A stretch of 61,790 nt of DNA, filler included, from Diploschistes diacapsis (lineage: Eukaryota): assembly GCA_023645945.1 (NCBI GenBank). It is 7 parts of 7 records of this genome, joined end to end, with 100 filler letters (N's around TTAATTAATTAA, not from the genome) between each part and the next. Parts side by side here need not be neighbours in the genome. Positions count along the whole stretch, not along the records: positions 1 to 28,081 come from JALAIB010000153.1; positions 28,182 to 33,710 come from JALAIB010001532.1; positions 33,811 to 39,337 come from JALAIB010001533.1; 4 more parts are not named here. The stretch is one strand, 5' to 3'. Numbering within the stretch: the stretch's first letter is position 1; each line of letters opens with the position of its first letter. The notes beneath the pieces were generated by a model. It did not search any database. It saw only the letters and a list, made by a program, of their open reading frames with translations, and was not told the DNA's origin. This document shows positions 25,901 through 37,950 of this stretch, piece by piece. The position numbers and the translations under genes are program-made.

Positions 25901-28081
25901 GAGCTGATAAGGAAAGCCGGAGAAGGTGTCCTTGCAACCTTGCTGCCTACTCTCGAGGAGGGTCTGCAGCTTTCCACCGATACCGATAACAAGCAGGGTA
26001 TCTGTATGGCTCTTCGAGAAATCATTTCTTCGTCATCTCCGGAGGCTCTAGAAGACTATGAACAAACTTTGATAACCGTCGTTCGCACTGCGCTGGTTGA
26101 CGGCGACGCCGAGGTTCGGGATACTGCTGCTGAAGCTTTCGATTCGCTCCAGCAGATCTTCGGAAAGAAAGCGGTTGATCAAGTCCTGCCGCATCTGCTC
26201 ACCCTTCTTCGCTCAGAAGATGGGGCAGACACGGCGCTAGCAGCATTGCTTACGCTCCTAACAGATAACACAAGATCGAACATTATTTTACCAAATCTCG
26301 TTCCGACGCTTTTAAAGCCACCTATCAGCGCTTTCAATGCCAAAGCTATCGCTTCTCTTGCAGAAGTCGCCGGACCAGCCATGAGCCGCAGACTGCCGGT
26401 TATTCTGAATGCACTTATGGATGCTATCATCAGTACCAAAGACGAAGAGCTGAGAAGCGAGCTGGAAGCTTCATTCAATTCCATTCTTCTTTCCGTGGAT
26501 GAGTTCGACGGCCTTAATACTATCATGAGCGTTATGTTTGCGCTTGTCAAGCACGACGATCATCGCAAGAGAGCCAGCTCTGGTTCGCGCCTGGGCGACT
26601 TCATTGCGAAGGCCGAAGTAGACTTTTCTAGATACTACCCTGACATTATCCGCATTCTACTCCTCTCTTTTGACGATGGCGACACAGAAGTTGTCAAGGC
26701 AGCCTGGGGTGCGCTATCCGAGCTCATGAAACGTTTACGCAAAGAAGAAATGGATTCGTTGGTAGTCTCAACAAGACAGGTTCTTCAGCAAGTTGGAGTT
26801 GCTGGCCACGATCTTCCAGGCTTCTGCTTACCGAAAGGAATTAACGCGATACTTCCTATCTTTCTGCAGGGCTTGATGAACGGTACCGCAGATCTGAGAA
26901 CACAGTCGGCGCTCGCCATCTCCGATATCATTGACCGGACGAGTCCAGATGCATTGAAGCCATTCGTGACCAATATAACCGGACCATTGATCCGAGTAGT
27001 GGCCGAACGATCAGTGGATCTCAAGTCTGCCATTTTACTTACCCTGAACAATCTACTGGAAAAGATTCCGCTGTCCCTCAAGCCTTTCCTGCCACAACTT
27101 CAGCGAACATTCGCCAAGGCTCTTGCGGATCCTGGTAGTGAACTTCTCCGGTCACGAGCCGCAAAAGCCTTGGGCACCCTCCTTACCCTCAAGCCTCGTG
27201 TGGATCCCCTAATAGCTGAGCTCGCTATAGGCACCAAGACCCCCGATCCTGGCGTTCGCAATGCTATGCTCAAAGCTCTCTTCGAAGTCGTCAGCAAAGC
27301 AGGCGAGAAGATGAGCGAAGCCTCCCGCGCTTCAATCCTCTCCCTCATCGACAGCGATCCCTCCACTTCCGAGTTCTCCGACTCGACAATAACAACAAAC
27401 GCCCGCCTCCTCGGTGCCCTCATCAAGAACCTCCCCGCATCCGATGCCTCCCCACTAATCAAGCACCGCGCCCTTACAACCCGTTTCACCTCCTCCTCCA
27501 TCCTTAATCTAAACGCCATCCTCCTCGACTCCCCAACTTCTTTACTATCATCCTTCCCAGCTGAAACAGCCACCACAATCGCCGCCGCCATCTCCTCAAA
27601 AACGTCGTTCATCGCCGACAACGGTGTGCTCGCCGCGGGCAAATATTTCCTCCAGCCCTCCCTCTCCTCTTCCGACAGTGAAAACAACAACCACGAAGCC
27701 ATAACCCCCCTCCTCGAGGCTCTCGCGGGCGCCATACCCCCCGGCCAACCGGCCGACACGCGGCGCCTCGCCCTCGTTGTGCTCCGCACCGTATCCCGGC
27801 ACAACAACGCCGTCCTGCGCCCGCACCTCTCGCTATTCGCCCCGCCTGTCTTCGCGTCCGTGCGCGAGATGGTGATCCCCGTCAAGCTTGCCGCCGAGGC
27901 CGCCTTCCTCGCGCTCTTCGACGTGGTCGACAGCGAGAGCGCGGTGTTCGATCGGTACATGGAGGACGGGCCGGCGGAGCTGAGCGCGCAGCAGAGGAGG
28001 AGCATGGCGGACTATTTCAAGCGCGTGGCGCTGAGGCTGGCGGGACAGGCGAGGGAGAGGATGGAGGCGGAGGGAGGGAGG
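19955..28081 (+). CDS. GCN1: HEAT-repeat translational activator Gcn1 (last codons lost at the contig end)
   Basis: More than 2600 aa after removing introns at 20067-20117, ~22917-22960 and ~23154-23201. Conserved segments include RRGAAYGLAG, WRSKKGACELLGAMAY, GAGDRLGSAQALSEV and ITGPLIRV. Confidence 0.96.
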
Positions 28082-28181
28082 NNNNNNNNNNNNNNNNNNN
28101 NNNNNNNNNNNNNNNNNNNNNNNNNTTAATTAATTAANNNNNNNNNNNNNNNNNNNNNNNNNNNNNNNNNNNNNNNNNNNN
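28082..28181. other. Artificial contig linker (N-TTAATTAATTAA-N). Identical linkers at 33711-33810, 39338-39437, 44962-45061, 50577-50676 and 56188-56287
   Basis: Exact 100-nt blocks carrying a six-frame stop cassette. The flanking contigs fall in descending length order. Confidence 0.98.
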
Positions 28182-28728
28182 GAGGAGGAGGAGGAGGAGG
28201 ATGAGCTGGAGATTGGAGACGGGAGGGGTGAGGACGCGGGGAAGAAACCAGAGAGGAAGGGAGGAAGGAATGAAAGAAAGGGTTGGGGCCGCCTTGATTC
28301 TACGGAATCCTCGCCCTGCTCCTCCGAGCTTTGTGCAGAGGGAGGGGGGTATTTCTCGAGAATGGCCCCCCCCTTTTTTTTTCAAACACGATGTAGGCGG
28401 CGCATGAGTTCGTGGAGAACTTGGGCCGAATGGATTGATATAGTCCAGAGCTTTTGGTATATGTATATATATACCTGCGTACCTAGCTTCGCTATTTGAG
28501 TCCTGGCTCTCTGCTCGCTTCGCACAACCCGGGCACATCTTTTTGTAAGAGAGGGAAGGGTTGAGCGGTGAGATGTTGTCCGCTGCTTTCGCTCTTGAAC
28601 TCTTGGCAGCAGGGCAAAAGTGAGACAGGTGCTTGCGCTTTGTTGTAAGCTGTAGCAGGTGGTTTTGTTAGCATGGCAAAGCTCAACATCTGCAAGATCA
28701 TTTCGTACATTGTTATAGTTCTATTGAC

Positions 28729-30153
28729 TGGCTAGGCCGGTTGGACGGACCACGTATATTGTCTCGTCGACCTGAGCGATTTCCTGCACCATGGACCTAG
28801 AGCCCAGAGGATGGACCAACCGCCGATGACAGCGCTGGCGCCTATGTACAGAATCATCGAGCCGTACTGGGTTCCATAGCCCAACTTGCTTGCACGTTGG
28901 ACCGCGCCGATGTCCAGCAACTCTAGCACGACAATGCCCACTGCAACATAACCAACTCCGCGTCCTCCGGTCATCAGCCCGTAGACGACACCAGTGCCAA
29001 CAGCCTCGTTATGAGCGGCCGCTTCCCTTGCTATTTCGTTAAGCGCACCGCCTCACGTAGACGAATATGCAGACGCGAAAAAGCCGTAAGTTACAGAAAG
29101 ATAGCGAGTCCCACTGCTCCCAAGGTTGCAGCAAGACACCAAAGCAGGAACGCAGATAGCGCAGATCCAATGGCTGACAGGAATGTCATCGTGAACGGCG
29201 TCATATTGCGTCCGCCGGGCACGGAAATGCCATCGCCGAGCATACCAAAGGCAATGCACGAAAAGATGCTCGGCAGGTTAAAGAGCGCGAGCATGAGGGA
29301 GCCCTCTGTTGACGAAAGATTCAAGACCTGCCTTGCATAGCTTGGCAGGTATGTCTGAGGCAGTCCGCACCCACTGCTGAAGAATACGTTAGCTATGAGA
29401 ATATGTAGAAAGTTGGATGAGTCAGGAACTTCCACGGCGTCCGCCTAGGACGAGGTCGTGGGCTCATGCTCCGTTCGATGCGAGATGCGAGATGCGGGAG
29501 TGGTATCACGAGTATGCTCGTGGCCGAGATCGCACCCCAGATGCGGAAAGTGTTTTTATTCCCATACTGTTGACTAAAGCCTGAGTGACGAACGGCGTGC
29601 CAGTGCCCACAATGTTCTTCACGGTCAGAAGCACGTTGTGGCTCTTCCGCCGAATGAACCATTCGTCAAGATACAGTGTCGTTGGGCTGTAGGCGAGAGC
29701 ACTCCCGAGCCCGCAGAGAACACCTTCGGTGACGAGTAGATGCTAGCCAGCTGTGCTAGAAGCTGAAGAGACGAGGCGGCTGCTGGAAACCAAGAGTGCG
29801 ATCACGGTTGCTGTGCATCTCCATCGATACAGGCGGTTGGCGAACAGTATTGATAGGGTGGGCAGGGAGATGTAGAGGACGCCGTTGAGTGGTGTTCCGA
29901 TAACTCCTGTGAGTGAGCTGTTCCCCTGTGGCTGCAAATGTGTTCCATACCCCTCCTGGAGTACGCCAAAGGACATGAGTTTCTAGATATTGGGCCGCAG
30001 CACCTGGCATCATGGCTTACCTAGATCGGGAGCTGAAGAATCGAGCAGCTAAGCAGAACCATGTTAGCTACCCTGCCGCCCTCAAGCTAGGGCAATGTGT
30101 TCCTTGGCTGCTCATTCTGGTCCGGAGTACTCAGTTGTTGTTGCGTTAGCCAT
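28729..30153 (-). pseudogene. MFS monocarboxylate (MCT/Mch-like) transporter pseudogene
   Basis: SFGVLQE, GVIGT.LNGVLY, LLVTEGVLCGLGS, FFSSGCGLPQTYLPSYA and GRGVGYV...GYGTQYG lie in different frames. Stops include TAG at 30021-30023 (expected Trp) and at 29743-29745. Confidence 0.8.
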
Positions 30154-30388
30154 GTTATGTAAGGTCTACACAACCATGAAGTCAGGCTACATCCAATTGA
30201 GCCAATGCTGAAAATAAAACCATCACTAATAATATTAACACAGCCAATGCTTAATTATGCTTTAGTTGAAGAGAAGCTGAAGTTTGTTGTTGAGTACCTC
30301 AGACTCTACTTAGCGCGCGTCAGCTTTTGCTGGCGCTTTGCCCTAAGCCCCTTTAGGTTAGCCTCGCTGACTCAGCTGTCAGCTGCTA

Positions 30389-30574
30389 ACGTATTCCACT
30401 AGTCAGTGACTAACACAAGTCAGTGACTCACTTTGTACCTCTCATACAAAAATACATGTGATGGTACGTGATAATCACGTGGAGAGCGACAATTAAGTAC
30501 CTTCACATGTATTTTTGTATGAGAGATACAAGTGAGTCACTGACTTGTGTTAGTCACTGACTAGTGGAATACGT
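30389..30574. mobile_element. 186-bp MITE, Tc1/mariner (Fot1/pogo-like) type
   Basis: TA|ACGTATTCCACTAGTCAGTGAC...GTCACTGACTAGTGGAATACGT|TA. Near-perfect TIRs of about 73 bp (30389-30461 and 30503-30574) with a TA target duplication. Confidence 0.9.
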
Positions 30575-30619
30575 TATACAATTTAACCTTCGCCTACTTT
30601 AGCGCCTTCATCGCTGAAG

Positions 30620-30800
30620 CATCTTTCGAAGTCGAACCATCATTTCGAGCACTTCAGAGCGCCTTTCGAAGCTCCTTTCGAATCGTTTTTCGAAGCATCT
30701 TTTCGAGCACTTCGGAGCTCCTTTCGAAGCGCCTTTCGAAGCCTTTCGAAGCGCCTTTCGAAGCACCTTTTCGAAGCACCTTTTCGAAGCCTTTGAAGCA
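30620..30800 (+). repeat. Degenerate ~12-bp minisatellite (TTTCGAAGCRCC)
   Basis: Many imperfect tandem TTCGAAG-containing units. Confidence 0.85.
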
Positions 30801-33800
30801 GCGGATTCGGCAGCGCATTTAGAGCTTTCGATTATAATCATGGTCTGAACCACTATGCCACCACCTTCAGCATCTCCAACAGCCCCAGCACCCCCAGCAC
30901 TCCCAGCGCCGCTACCGTCGCCGCCGCCACACCTGCTACTCAGCCCCAGCACCATCTACGCCAGCACTTTCACCACCTCCATCCAGCACCCCCAGCACCC
31001 AAGCAACGTTACTTCTTTTTTTTCTTTTAGCTTTTAAAAGCTTCAACTTCGTCAACAGCACACCGACTTGTATAGACTTAAGCTGAGTACAGTACTCCAG
31101 CCAAGCTGCGACTAGCCCTTGCACGGGAATTGCCTCACGTTCCGATCGAAGCAAGCTCCAACAGCAAGTCCGTTGTCCAGATCGGTGCCGTATCGACAAG
31201 TCTGGCTAGTAGTCCAAACAGTGAGCGGTACAGCGGCTATTTGCATGGCCATGTGCAACAGCACGATGCTATGCCTCATTCCTACTTTAGTACTGCATTT
31301 GGTGGCAGGTTGTTGAATCCACAAATCCCCCATAGCTAAGTCTTGTTTCTTGTCCTTGCGATGTTTCAAAACGAAATCTTGTTGTTAACTATTTCACCAC
31401 TCGTTCAAGTACCTTAATACCTGCTAAGCGCACGACTCCCATTAAGCATATCTTGATAAAATCGTCTGTGGCGTTATGTACCGGTTTTGGAATGATCTCT
31501 GCCCCTTGTTACCAATTACGGATACCAGAAACCAGTATGTCAAGGAAAAGACCCGGACGCTCTCTTCGCTTTGATATACTACCCGCTACGTCCTATACAG
31601 CTCCAGCGCTAATGAATCTCTCAATATTGTTCTCGACATCTTGCAAAGCTTCCACCTGCTCGAGCACAACCCAGCCGGTTGCGCAAAAGCCGGAAGCAAA
31701 AGGTGAGGGTAAGATGGATACTCCACGCCAATTACCTCACGCCAACTGCCTCTGAGCGAAAGGGGCAGCATTCTGGAAGGCTCTATACATATGCTGCCCT
31801 AACAACGGTCGAAGCACGACTAGAGCCTCATGATCAACAACATGCACCAGCCCAGCCAGTCAACTAGCCAGCTTCTGCAGCTACAGTACAGTTTGAACGC
31901 CACTGAGACGCACTGCAACATCAAGTCACTCTTTTTCCAATACATGTTCTAGGTGCCTACTTACGCAATCGCAAAACCCATAAAAAACCAACGCGCGTAT
32001 GCCAACTACTCACCCGAAGGGGAACCAACTAGTAGCGTAACCCCATACCAAGCCTCTCTCGCCGCAACTCCACGTTGAACAATAAGCCTGCTTACTCCAG
32101 AATCTCTGAGCTCTCCGTTACGCTTGGTCATGCAGGCTCCCGCGCCTGCATATTGCTTATATATTTTGTAACAGGACACAGCCTCGCAAGCTTGGTCCAC
32201 TACGGAGATATATGCAGTACAGGTCCGTACCAGGAGCGTGTGAAAGTCATGCCGGGTATACTCGGTAGTGAGCAACTCTGACAGAATTCTAGATCAGCTT
32301 CTTCTGGAACTCATAATAGCGAGACCACACTTCTTAATGGAGAAACCTGTCGTTCGATATAAAGGGAGCTCCACTCGAAGCGAGCTAATTATGTATGTCA
32401 AAACATCTCTGTGTCGCACCGTCCGACGGGCTGTACCCTCGACGCCTGAAGCGAGACCAATAAGGGTATCATACATACCGTCACACACACTCACGCAGAG
32501 GTATGTAGTACGTGGTCTCCACTTTCCATATCACAACGAAATCTTTTTCGTATCCTCTAGCATACTTCTTTTGCTTAGCAATATCTTTAACGCCAACAAC
32601 CACGCTTATACATCGACCGTCATCCTACATCGGAATACAATGACGATGGCCTTCATCGCCGCCGCCACCAACCAGCGCGCAGCATGTCGAGCCAAATTCT
32701 ACCATACCTAGCACCTATTCATTCTTCCTGCTTCATACCACTTTAAACCCCAATCCCAACATCACCGCCTAATCTGTCAATCCCGCCAGAGCCGCTGCAG
32801 ATACTATCGGCCACCCAGACACCTAGAGGAGAGAGTTGGGCGGGTTGTTGAGAGTCTGCCGTCTGCAACAGGGCTCACGAGAACTTCACGGACGCTACAC
32901 AGACCTTTCCAGTAGCAGCCCCGACTCTGTGCCCAAGCAGCGACCAGCGACAGCAGGACGCTTTTTGTCTCTCTCACGTAGGGGGGCAGGGGGATTATTG
33001 GGCGGCGGCGGCAGCGAGAACGCGGAAGGAAAGAGCTTACTTAATACGGTGGTGGGCGGCTGGTGTGTTCAACGTTCATGGTGCGTATCCGAGTAGGTGG
33101 GTAGGTAGGTAGGTAGGCTGGTAGGATGTAGCTCTGGCGGCATCCAGCATTCAGCATATAGTATTCAGCATCCAGCATCCAGCGCTATACTCTGTAAAAA
33201 CAAACCGACCACACAAACAAACAAGGCTCCAAACAAAAGTTGCCAAGCGACAAAGACGTATGGCCAGCAAGCTTAGAAACAGGTTGTTCCAAAGAAAAGC
33301 TTTGAAAAGTTTGGGGGAGGAGGAGGGAACTCTTAATCTGTTTCTTTTGCCGTTTCGACTCAGGAGCACCAAGCTGCTCCGCACACCCCTCTCCATACAA
33401 AACTTTTTTTTTTTGATAGGGGGGGCCTCACATCCATCCCCCGTACACAAAAAAATTCAACCCCGTATTTGGCCTTTCCTCAAAGCAATGCCCCGAAAGT
33501 CGATTGGGGAAAAAGTCATGTGTGTGAGGGCAGGTACGGGTATATATTTCTATGTCCAGAGGCGGTGCGGAGCAGGGAGTTCCTCCCCAGCTAAATCCGA
33601 CCGTTTGGGGCAAACTCAATGTATCGAAGGGAAAAAGTTTCAAACAAACTTCACGCGCGCGCACACGCACGACACACATGCCCTATACACGTTTTCTTGA
33701 GGTTAAAAGGNNNNNNNNNNNNNNNNNNNNNNNNNNNNNNNNNNNNNNNNNNNNTTAATTAATTAANNNNNNNNNNNNNNNNNNNNNNNNNNNNNNNNNN

Positions 33801-33865
33801 NNNNNNNNNNGGTAAGGTAAGGTTGAGAGATACAGGAAAAGGTAGTATCAAGATGATAGACGTAC

Positions 33866-35753
33866 CACATTGCTGATATCAGCACACTTGATCAGCAACC
33901 CACACGCCAGCGTCTTGTAGTCTTCCAGATCTTTGACGGCCCAGCCATCGGTCCCGCCGTTGTGCGCCAGCTTCTGCTGCAAATTATCCAGATCGGTCAT
34001 GTATTTGAAGTGCAGCTGCATGTCCGTCGCTAATATCGATTTGATAAGCAGAGACCGGATCCGGGTGCTGTTGTACGCGGCCGGCCAGTACCGGCGTAGA
34101 ATTTGTGAGTATGCAGCGCAGTGGAAGGCTTCGAGCACGGAGTTGTCGTTGTAGAGCTGTGCGAGAGGCGCCTTGAGCGCGACGAGGAAAGCGTTGTTGA
34201 CGCCGGGGTGGCCGACGTCATGGCCGATTGCGGTCACCAGCAACACAAAGGCTTCAAAGGGGGTCAGGAGGAGCTCGATCGACGAGAGATTGCTGTGGGA
34301 TTTGGCAGGCCGTGAGTTTGCGGGGTATGGTGGGAGCGTGCCAATCTGTACGAGGAAGTGGAATATGGCTTGCAGGACGTCGATCACATGCCGGAAGTTG
34401 TGGTAGAGGACGAAGCTGTTGTAGGCGGATTTGCAAGCTGTGAGGTAGTGTTTGAGGTCGTCTGAATTGGTCAGTCAGCAATGAACGAATATCGCAGATA
34501 CGAGCTAGCCCAGGGTCTGGGACTGACCAGAGGGGAGCCGCCACTCTGCCAACTCCGGCATGGCCAAGGCGTGTTGCAGCATCAGGTAGCCGGCATGCAC
34601 CAGCTCGTCGTCGGCGAGGTCATGCGCAGGGAAAGCCCAGGTTCCAATGGCATCCTCGACGAACCGCGCTCGCTGCCAGGAGATTCTGTACAATTCACTA
34701 AACATCGTCAATTAAGCCTTCATCAACAACAACAACAACAACAACAGGTGCCAACTTACTTCGACGCAGGCTTCGAGACTGCAATCTCCGGCTTGCAGAT
34801 ACCGCTCATCAACGTCGATACCCTGGCGCTCGTTAGCCGAAGGCAACGCGCAATACGTTTGCAGGATAAAACAAGCCAGACTTACATGACTTCGCGAAGG
34901 TATGCGTACGGCCTCTCCTCATCAACCCCTACCCACGAAAGCTTCCTCGATTTCTTGAGCTCCAAAAAGGCCGGCCGGGCTTTGGTGCCCTCAATGTGTG
35001 CGCGATACGCGAGCGTGGACATGGCGCGCAAGTGATCCGGGTCCAGTGGACTCGACACCACATCCACCGCGCCCATCTCGATGCACCGGATGGCGTGCGC
35101 TGGACTTACACGGTTGAGCGGAGGCCCCGAATAGTGGTCTTCTACCCTTTCCACTTGGCTCGAGTCGACCACCGCAATCGGCACGATCAACTTCGAGAAA
35201 TGTCTTTCCGATATCTCAAGTACTATGTGCTTCAGGAGCGCCAGGCCGTGGATTTCCTCGTCGCCGGATGCTTGTGAGAGCTTCTTGGGGTTGGTCTGTG
35301 ATATGGCTGTGGACGGATAACCGTAGATCTGTGAATTCCGAGCGGAGCCGGGGTTTCTGCCTGGTTGTAGATCGCCTGTTACGGGCAGAAACACGAAGAC
35401 GGGATTGCAGTCGGTGGTGACGGAATCGAGCAGTGCGGTTCTTGTGAGACAGGAGGATCCTGTGCGGAGAACGTGGACTAGAGCGAGGGCAGTCTTAGCG
35501 AGGTCGACTCATTAGGGGAAGACAGTAAAGAACGAGACGGGAATTCCATAATTAAAAAAAAAAGATTCAGATAGTTAGAGAGTAAGAGACTGCGATTCAG
35601 TTACTTACCGCCGTTGAAAACGCTGAGGAGGCACCGGACATCGTCCAGCAACTCTTTGGGTTCCGAGGATGGAGCGCACGCTCCCGACTCGAAGCGGTCT
35701 GTGTGGGCTCGGTCGTCAAGCAGGATCACGTTAATTGCCGCATAGTCCATCAT
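33866..35753 (-). CDS. PDE2: Class I (high-affinity) cAMP phosphodiesterase, PdeH/Pde2-like, 3' truncated by the contig end
   Basis: YHNFRHVIDV, HDVGHPGVNN, SVLEAFH, ILATDM and KCADISN. N-terminal receiver-like segment (RCIEMGAVDVVSSP, WVGVDEERPYAYLREVMVS). Four complete GT-AG introns and the start of a fifth. Confidence 0.93.
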
Positions 35754-37920
35754 CCTGCGGTGAAACCCTGGGGTGCTGCGCTGCGCTGCTCCAGAGCGTA
35801 ACTGCTTTCTGCGCTCAATGGAGGAAATGGGTACGGTAAAGCTCGAGGGTCACAACACTACACTGAAAGAACCGTAAAGACAGTTGTATGTGATCGTAAA
35901 CGGCAAACCAGCTCTTGGTAGACCATGCAACAGCGTCCAGAGCGCGGTAGAGAGTCAGACGCCTTTTTGCCGTGGCGGCGGCACCGAGTAAAAGCCACAG
36001 CAGTCGGTTGTGTTCGAGTACTGTTGAGCTGCAATGCTACTTACTGTGCGCAATGCGCAGCCGATCCAACCGAGACGAACGCCACCTTCGACTGCTTGAC
36101 CGGTGTGCAGGTCCTTCTCGAGCCAACTGAAATGCCTCAATGGCTGTACTCCGCAATCCCAGCTGCGTTGTCGGATAAGCCTCCCAGAATCGACCGTTCG
36201 AGTATCCTGCTGCGAGCGCCCACTGGCTTTTGAAATGTTGTCGCTTGTATGTACTCGAGAGTCGATACCAAGAAGATGTGCTAGAGCTTCGAGCACAAGG
36301 CCGGAACAGTTTTGCAATGCGCGATGGAGGTGGCGAAGAGTGCTGCCTTAATGGTGGTATCGCTTTCGTCCGTCAAGGTCGCTGTGTCAGGAACCCCTCA
36401 CGAACCGCCAGCGTCGCGGATGCCAAGCTGGATATTGCGTGTGCATATGGAAAGAATTGAAGATTTGTTATGTTATGTAGAAGAAATTCGGGTCGGGAGT
36501 TGGGTCGAGTTGCCGAGTCGAGATGTGCGCGCAGTCAATGGGGGTAGAGGCCAGAGAGTGCGCAAACGGTGTCGCGAAGATGGAGTCGGTGATGTTAGTG
36601 TTAAGACGGAAGGAACAATGGTAGAGAGCGAGATGTTTGGCAGGAGGAAGGAGCAGGTAGATGGAAGGAGAGTTTGGTGGTTAGAAAGCTTGAAAAAGTT
36701 ATTGGATTGGTGGGAGATGGACGATGGTAAGTCAATTAAGGTAGGAAGCTACTGTGACGGGTGGGTGGTGGTGGTGGTTGTGGATAGTGGCAAATGGCAG
36801 TGGCAGTGGCAGTTTTGAACGGGTAAGTGGTGGTAGGTAAGTAAGTAAGTAGGTAGGAGAGCCACCCGAGTCTTGTCTCTCTTCCATGGCGCCTTCTCTG
36901 TCAGCCCTACGCTTCTTCTTCTTCTCCTTCCAGAAAGAACTTTGTTAGTGGAAACCAACAATGGGGGAACAGTTGGCCCGGGAAAAAGTACCACCGACTG
37001 ACTACCGGGACTTGCCGGGACTGAATTATTAAGCACTCTTCAGCCCTACAGTCCGACATTCCCACAATCGAAAAATATCCTATCCTTTACTTGTGAGCAA
37101 CATATCGCTATGTCTGGAAGCAGGTCTCCATGTCTTCGAAAAGGGCTACTGTCTTCTAAAATTAGCAAGCAACGTGTTAAGCTAACATCAGGCACTGGAG
37201 CTAGCACAAAGCTACAAGATTCAGAGCATGGGATGAGCCACTTTGAGCCCCCCGCGCCATCTGGCACACAAGAACTCTGATTTGCTTGCTGCCTACGAGA
37301 CTATTACGGCGATGCTCCCCATCAAGTGCAAGATCCATGAACTCTGCCCACTATGAAGGCTATTATTCCTCTACGGCTATTAATGACGGGGCACCAGCAG
37401 GCAGATCAAGAGCAGCTACAGATACCTTGGCCAGTGGTTCGTGGATATCATCAACCTGGCTTTCTCGGCCTTTGTCGAGTTGCCCCGAGAAATCGCCGAT
37501 GCCGAGGCTGAGACAGGCTAATAATGCCTGGGTCTTCCCTAGTTGCCGGGCCACGGCAGGGGACCGTACCTGATTCATGGGTGTTGCCAGTCAAGTGATT
37601 GTTGTTAAATCACAGACATCAAATTCTTGATTATGCACTCTACTCTATTAGAAACGTCCCATGTGGACCTTGCAGATCCTAGAGATCTCCACATACTGCT
37701 GCGCAGTCACTCAATCTGCAAAGTAGCCATGAAATCGGCCAACCCATACGAACAACCACCGCAATGCAATGCGCGTGTGCCGCGCTGACCTGCCCACATT
37801 AATTGTTCAGCAAAGGCGCATACACCTTTCTGAAATTGAGCGCCAGGAATAAGAGATTAAGACTGCCAGAAAGGCGACTAATCAGAGGCAGCGACGAAGA
37901 TGTAACAACGGCCGCGGCAG

Positions 37921-37950
37921 GGATAAGCATGGATAAGCATGGATAAGCAG
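37921..37950 (+). repeat. 3 x 10-bp tandem repeat GGATAAGCAK containing GATAAG motifs
   Basis: GGATAAGCAT GGATAAGCAT GGATAAGCAG. Confidence 0.8.

Noticed and set aside
28126..28137. Regularly spaced palindromic TTAATTAATTAA repeats
   Set aside because: These are artificial linkers within N runs, not a biological repeat or CRISPR array.
28182..28231. Glu-rich frame after the linker as the GCN1 C-terminus
   Set aside because: It belongs to an unrelated size-sorted contig.
33340..33620. Possible structured RNA (GTTTCGACTC box, weak inverted repeats)
   Set aside because: I could not fit a tRNA cloverleaf, hammerhead core or RNase P/MRP motif.
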